DNA of 64,000 bases from Acidobacteriota bacterium. Lineage in GTDB: Bacteria > Acidobacteriota > UBA6911 > RPQK01 > JAJDTT01. Under the pieces are notes generated by a model that ran no database searches, was not told the DNA's origin, and was given only the letters and a program-made list of their open reading frames with translations. This document shows positions 59,503-64,000 of the stretch, piece by piece. The first letter of the stretch is position 1; the number at the start of each line of letters is the position of its first letter. The position numbers were made by a program, and so were the translations under genes. The DNA lies in the NCBI GenBank assembly GCA_965217775.1, contig CBDCJH010000002.1:800001-864000 (forward strand). The letters run 5' to 3'.

Positions 59503-60459
59503 ATGAAAGTCGTCATCGCCCACAGGATTGGACCAGGATTCGTCGAGGAACTGCGGGAAAGCTTCCCGGAGGTCGAGTTTCGAACCGCCTATACGCCGGA
59601 GGAGCAGTTGCGGGAGGCCCCCGATGCCGAAGTCCAGTTCGGCCTGATCACGGAGGAAGTTCTCAAGGCGGCCCGCAAGCTCCGCTGGTTTCACTTCGTG
59701 GGGATCGGTTTTGACCACGTTCTCAATAACGCCCCGGGACTCGTCGAGAGCGACGTGGTCATGACCAACGCCCGGGAGACCCACGTCATCGCCATGGCGG
59801 ACCATGCCCTGGCCATGGTCCTGGCCTTCGCCCACTGCGTCCCCGAGTTGCTGGAGGACCAGCGGGCGCGAAACTGGGACACCAACAAATATTTCGGCCG
59901 GATGACCGAGCTGGCCGGCACCACCATGGGGGTCCTGGCCATGGGGGACATCGGAAAGGCCGTGGCCAAGCGGGCCGCCGGTTTCGACATGGAGGTCTAC
60001 GGCGTCGATGTCATGCAGATGGATCCTCCGCCCGGGGTGCGGGAGGTGTGGGGTCCCGACCGCCTGGACGACATGCTGGCCATCAGCGACTGGTTCGTGG
60101 TGACGGCGCCGCTGGTCGACTCCACGCGCGGGCTGATCGACGCGGGCCGCCTGGCTCGTCTGAAGCGGGGCGCCCACCTGGTCTTGGTTTCCCGTGGGGG
60201 GATCGTCGACGAAGACGCCCTGGCCGAGGCGATTCGCTCGGGACACCTGGGCGGCGCCGCGTTGGACGCCACCGAACCTGAGCCGCCGGCCCCGGAGAGT
60301 CCGCTCTGGGACCTGCCCAATGTGATCATCTCGCCCCATGTCTCCGCCGACTCCCCCCAGATGTGGCAGCGCCGCCGGGAGATCTTCAAGGATAATCTGA
60401 GGCGCTACCTGGCCGGAGAACCGCTCCGGTTCGTCTGCGACAAGGCGAGGGGATTTTGA
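59503..60459 (+). CDS. D-2-hydroxyacid dehydrogenase
   Basis: MGDIG, SRGGIVDE, LDATEPEP, ISPHVS. Confidence 0.92.
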   Translation: MKVVIAHRIGPGFVEELRESFPEVEFRTAYTPEEQLREAPDAEVQFGLITEEVLKAARKLRWFHFVGIGFDHVLNNAPGLVESDVVMTNARETHVIAMADHALAMVLAFAHCVPELLEDQRARNWDTNKYFGRMTELAGTTMGVLAMGDIGKAVAKRAAGFDMEVYGVDVMQMDPPPGVREVWGPDRLDDMLAISDWFVVTAPLVDSTRGLIDAGRLARLKRGAHLVLVSRGGIVDEDALAEAIRSGHLGGAALDATEPEPPAPESPLWDLPNVIISPHVSADSPQMWQRRREIFKDNLRRYLAGEPLRFVCDKARGF

Positions 60460-60502
60460 AGAGGGCGGGGAACGGGCATATCAATATCGAGAGACAGGCC
60501 GC

Positions 60503-61744
60503 ATGAAGTTGACGGAGGAACAGAAGGCCGTTCTCGAAGGAGAGCGTGGAAAACTTCTGTCCCGGTATCTCGAATGGTCGATCCTTTGGGGAGAGGCGCT
60601 GGGCGCCACCCGCCTGGTGCCCGTGACCAACGTCCACTGCATCCTGCGGACGCCTTGCCTGAAGGGAATCTCGGAGCGGACGCTGGACACCTACCTGGAC
60701 GAGTTCCGGGAGCTGTGCAGCCACCAAGTCGAGTGCATCACCCTCACCCACGCCAACTGCACCGACCTGGCCGCCCTGCGGGAGAAGGGGCTGACGGAGA
60801 AGGAGTTGAACTTCCAGCAGGAGTTGCACGCCATGGCCGCCCGCGCCGGCGTGCGGACCACCTGGTCCTGTGCTCCGTACCAGGTCGGAGCGGTTCCCAA
60901 GTTCGGCGAGATCTGCGCCTGGACCGAGTCTTCGGCCGTGGTCTATTCCAATTCCATGATGGGAGCCCGTACCAACCGCAACGGCATGGAGAGTTCGCTG
61001 GCCGCGGCTTTCCTAGGTTGGGTACCCGAATTCGGCGCCCTCCTGGACCAATATCGCAAGGCGGCGGTGCGCGTGGAGCTCCAGGTGGATATGAAGTCCG
61101 TCAGCGACTGGGGCGCTCTCGGGTACTACGTGGGGGAGAAAGCCGGCTCGCGAATTCCGGTGTTCGAGGGGATCGGGGAGATCGCGCCCGCCGAGGCGAA
61201 GCAGCTCTCCGCCTCGCTGCCTTACGCCGGACGCGGAACCACCATGTTCCACATCGCCGGTTTGACTCCCGAGGCCGCCACGGTGGAAGATGCGCTGGAC
61301 CCGCACCAGCCCGTCGAATCGCTGACCTTCGACCGGGACGACCTCCGGACCACGTACGGGAAGATGAACCGGATGGAAAAGGGGGAGCCCATCGACACGG
61401 TAGCTCTGGGTTGTCCCTTCAGTTCCCTGGACGAACTCCGGGGAATCTCCCGGGTGTTGGCCCGCCAGCACGTGGCTCCGGGAGTAAAGCTGATCGTCTG
61501 CACCTCCCGGCACACGCTGGTCGACGCCCGGCGGCTGGGCTACGCGGGAGTGATCGAGGAGGCGGGAGGACACATCCTCTCGGACATCTGTCCCGGCGCC
61601 CTGGGGCATGCGCGCCCCCGCAACTACGTCTCCAACTCCTTCAAGCAGGCGTTCTACGGCCGCAGCACCCTGGCCTCCCGCACCGGGGTCCTGCCCCTGG
61701 AAGGTTGTGTCGCGGCGGCCGTCAGCGGGAGGTGGGCCGGTTGA
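60503..61744 (+). CDS. aconitase X catalytic domain protein (DUF521)
   Basis: SCAPY, ESSAVVYSNS..GARTN, LGCP, DIC. Confidence 0.88.
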   Translation: MKLTEEQKAVLEGERGKLLSRYLEWSILWGEALGATRLVPVTNVHCILRTPCLKGISERTLDTYLDEFRELCSHQVECITLTHANCTDLAALREKGLTEKELNFQQELHAMAARAGVRTTWSCAPYQVGAVPKFGEICAWTESSAVVYSNSMMGARTNRNGMESSLAAAFLGWVPEFGALLDQYRKAAVRVELQVDMKSVSDWGALGYYVGEKAGSRIPVFEGIGEIAPAEAKQLSASLPYAGRGTTMFHIAGLTPEAATVEDALDPHQPVESLTFDRDDLRTTYGKMNRMEKGEPIDTVALGCPFSSLDELRGISRVLARQHVAPGVKLIVCTSRHTLVDARRLGYAGVIEEAGGHILSDICPGALGHARPRNYVSNSFKQAFYGRSTLASRTGVLPLEGCVAAAVSGRWAG

Positions 61745-62163
61745 AGGAGAAGAGGGTCATTCGAGGAAGGAAGATCGTGCCCGGAAATTCCTCGGGGAAA
61801 GCCATGGTGAGTGAAACCCCCCTTTGCTTCCGGTCGGAATTCGATCCGGCCAGCGGGAAGGTGATCGACGTTCAGCATCCGCTCTACGACCGGAACCTGT
61901 CGGGAAGGGTGCTGGTCATGCCTTCGGGCACCGGCTCGTCCGGCAACACCATGCACGTCCGGGTCGCCGGCATGGAGGGAACGGCGCCGGCTGCCCTCAT
62001 CAACCTGGAGGCGGACCCGCCCTCCATCTTGGGTTGTGTCATCGCCCGGATCCCGGTGATCCAGGTCGAAGCCGCAGATCTGAATTGGATCGAGGACGGA
62101 GACTGGGTGGAGGTCGATTCCGACGGCGGAACCGTCCGCGTATTCGATAATCATTGTCTGTAA
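61741..62163 (+). CDS. aconitase X swivel domain protein (DUF126)
   Basis: GRKIVPG...G.VIDVQHPL...PSGTGSS; TTG overlaps upstream stop. Confidence 0.85.
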   Translation: MKEKRVIRGRKIVPGNSSGKAMVSETPLCFRSEFDPASGKVIDVQHPLYDRNLSGRVLVMPSGTGSSGNTMHVRVAGMEGTAPAALINLEADPPSILGCVIARIPVIQVEAADLNWIEDGDWVEVDSDGGTVRVFDNHCL

Positions 62164-62195
62164 ACGGTCGAACCGATTCGGGAAGGAAACGACTC

Positions 62196-63455
62196 ATGAG
62201 AAATTGGACGGCACTTCTGGTTGGACTCAGCTTGCTCGGAACAGCTGCGGGCCAGGAAAAGGAGAAGTTCCTCGCCATCAGTTGGGGCGATGTGATCCAC
62301 ATGGCGACAGGGGTGGCCAAGCTGGACACCCCCGAGAAGGTGTTGGAGGCGACCCGGAATTGGAAGCGGAACGGCGTCGACAAGGTCCTGTTCCGCGTCG
62401 ACGACTTCCGGGTGGTTCTGTATGCCGACATCACCGTGGACGGAAAGAACGAGTACCTGCGGGAGTGGATCAAGATCACCCGGCGGGCCTGGAAGGAGGG
62501 GCTCGTCAAGACCGCCGTGGATGCGCTGAAGGCCGCGGGAATCGAGGTCTTCATGTGGATCGCACCCACCGACGAGGGGCGGCCTCCGGACGTGAACGTG
62601 TTCGACTTCGGTCCCACCGGGCGGGCCTTCTGGCCGTGGCACTCCAAGTTCACCAAGGCGAATCCCCGGTTCCTGGTCCACGACCGGAGCCTGACCACCA
62701 ACGGCCGCAAGTACCAGTGGCACGTCATGGAATACGCCTACCCCGAGGTGCGCGACTACATGATCAACAAGATCATCCGCACGTTTTCCGACGGGTTCGA
62801 TTTCGACGGAGTCTTCCTGAGCATCCGGTCCCACGGCCTGCCGCCGGACCACGCGGATCAGTACGGTTTCAACCAGCCCATCGTGGAGGAGTACAAGCGC
62901 CGGTACGGTCAGGACATCATGCGGGAGGACTTCGACGTGGAAAAGTGGCGCGAGCTCCGGGGCGAGTACTTGACCCTCTTTCTCCGGGAGTTGAAGGCCC
63001 ACCTCAAGACGAAGGGACAGAAGCTCTCCATCGGCGTGCAGCAGGGTGATTACATCGGTCCACCCTTCGGAAACATGAGGATTCAATGGCGGCAGTGGAT
63101 CGAAGAAGGAATCATCGACGACCTGGTCCTGGGCCACATCACCCGGGTCCGTTCCCGCTATCCGGAACGCATCCAGCGCACCTGGGGGTACCTGCAGAAC
63201 CAGGAGACCGGCCTCGGGCTGCCCCCGTTGGTGCACGCCATTCGCAGAGACTACGGTCCCCTCTGCCAGAAATACGGCGTCAAGCTGTACGTGGAGCCGG
63301 GCAACTTCTACCGGTTACATGAACACCCGTCGGTGGGACGGGCCGGTGCCGCTCCCGAGGTCCAAAAACGGCTCCGTCAACAACTGGAGGCCCTGCCCCA
63401 GGTGACGGGGCTGCCGGCCAATTACAGGGAAGTGACGAACCCGAAGGAGCCTTGA
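62196..63455 (+). CDS. secreted glycoside hydrolase-like protein (GHL10/DUF187-like)
   Basis: signal peptide; YAYPEVRDY, FDFDGVFL, YGFNQP, WRELRGEYLT. Confidence 0.7.
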   Translation: MRNWTALLVGLSLLGTAAGQEKEKFLAISWGDVIHMATGVAKLDTPEKVLEATRNWKRNGVDKVLFRVDDFRVVLYADITVDGKNEYLREWIKITRRAWKEGLVKTAVDALKAAGIEVFMWIAPTDEGRPPDVNVFDFGPTGRAFWPWHSKFTKANPRFLVHDRSLTTNGRKYQWHVMEYAYPEVRDYMINKIIRTFSDGFDFDGVFLSIRSHGLPPDHADQYGFNQPIVEEYKRRYGQDIMREDFDVEKWRELRGEYLTLFLRELKAHLKTKGQKLSIGVQQGDYIGPPFGNMRIQWRQWIEEGIIDDLVLGHITRVRSRYPERIQRTWGYLQNQETGLGLPPLVHAIRRDYGPLCQKYGVKLYVEPGNFYRLHEHPSVGRAGAAPEVQKRLRQQLEALPQVTGLPANYREVTNPKEP

Positions 63456-63585
63456 CCGCCGGCTCGGTCACGGCTGGCGAGACTGCAATTGAACGCCGGC
63501 CGTCGACTCAAGATAAATTCAATTTCGGCACATACTCAGCGACCGGTTGAGAAACTCGAGCTGGACTGGGGTTCCGAGTGAGAAC

Positions 63586-64000
63586 ATGAAGTACTTGAGA
63601 CTGCTGGCCAGGAATCTGTTCCGAAACAGGCTCAGGACTCTGTTGACGACGAGCAGCATCGGGGCATCGATCTTCCTGGTCTCCACCTTGATGACGGTGC
63701 TCGACGAGCTGACCAGTCCCCCCGAGACCCCGGACTCGGCCTTGCGGCTCGTGGTCCGGCACAAGATTTCCCTGTTCAACACGTTGCCCACCTCCTACCG
63801 GGAAAAAATCGCCGCCGTGGACGGGGTGGAGGCCGTGATCGGATCGATGTGGTTTGGCGGCCTCTTCAACCATAACGGCACTGAGGTCGGCCTGGCGCAG
63901 TTTGCCTCCGATACTGACGATTTCTTTCGGGTCTATCCCGATATCATCGTTCCCGACGAGCAGAAACAAGCGTTTCTGCAGGATCGTTCCGGAGCGCTGG
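63586..64000 (+). CDS. MacB/FtsX-like ABC permease, truncated by window end
   Basis: manual translation MKYLRLLARNLFRNRLRTLLT...LVVRHKISL...WFGG. Confidence 0.8.
   Translation, partial: MKYLRLLARNLFRNRLRTLLTTSSIGASIFLVSTLMTVLDELTSPPETPDSALRLVVRHKISLFNTLPTSYREKIAAVDGVEAVIGSMWFGGLFNHNGTEVGLAQFASDTDDFFRVYPDIIVPDEQKQAFLQDRSGAL

Noticed and set aside
1-64000. CRISPR array, rRNA, reverse transcriptase or phage structural genes
   Set aside because: No regularly spaced repeat-spacer array, cas, RT, rRNA or capsid/terminase motifs seen by eye.

Overview
GC-rich bacterial window. Gene content (Acidobacteria-type TonB-dependent receptor, DUF1501, BNR/sialidase) suggests Acidobacteriota; this is an inference. 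Bases ~1-21.3 kb are a mosaic genomic island ending in Xis-like + tyrosine integrase genes. It holds an integrase-less attC cassette array, IS1595 and IS1380 insertions, restriction/HEPN/TA cargo, pseudogenes and four copies of an unexplained ~300 bp structured repeat. The rest is mostly housekeeping/metabolic (aldolase, atoE-like, TBDR, wzm/wzt, GT2s, tsaD, mtnA, S9 peptidase, aconitase X) with small insertions (second IS1595, MITEs, TA pairs, a type II R-M pair, DUF3800). Most striking: two elements (the ~20.7 kb island and a 2.4 kb integrase-less element) share a left-arm motif. Both end in a tRNA-like 5' half fused, exactly at the anticodon-loop position, to a REP-like hairpin with a 7-nt loop. 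This suggests a tyrosine-integrase system with a tRNA-derived att arm that inserts into REP palindromes. All family assignments are by eye from motifs; no database searches were run.
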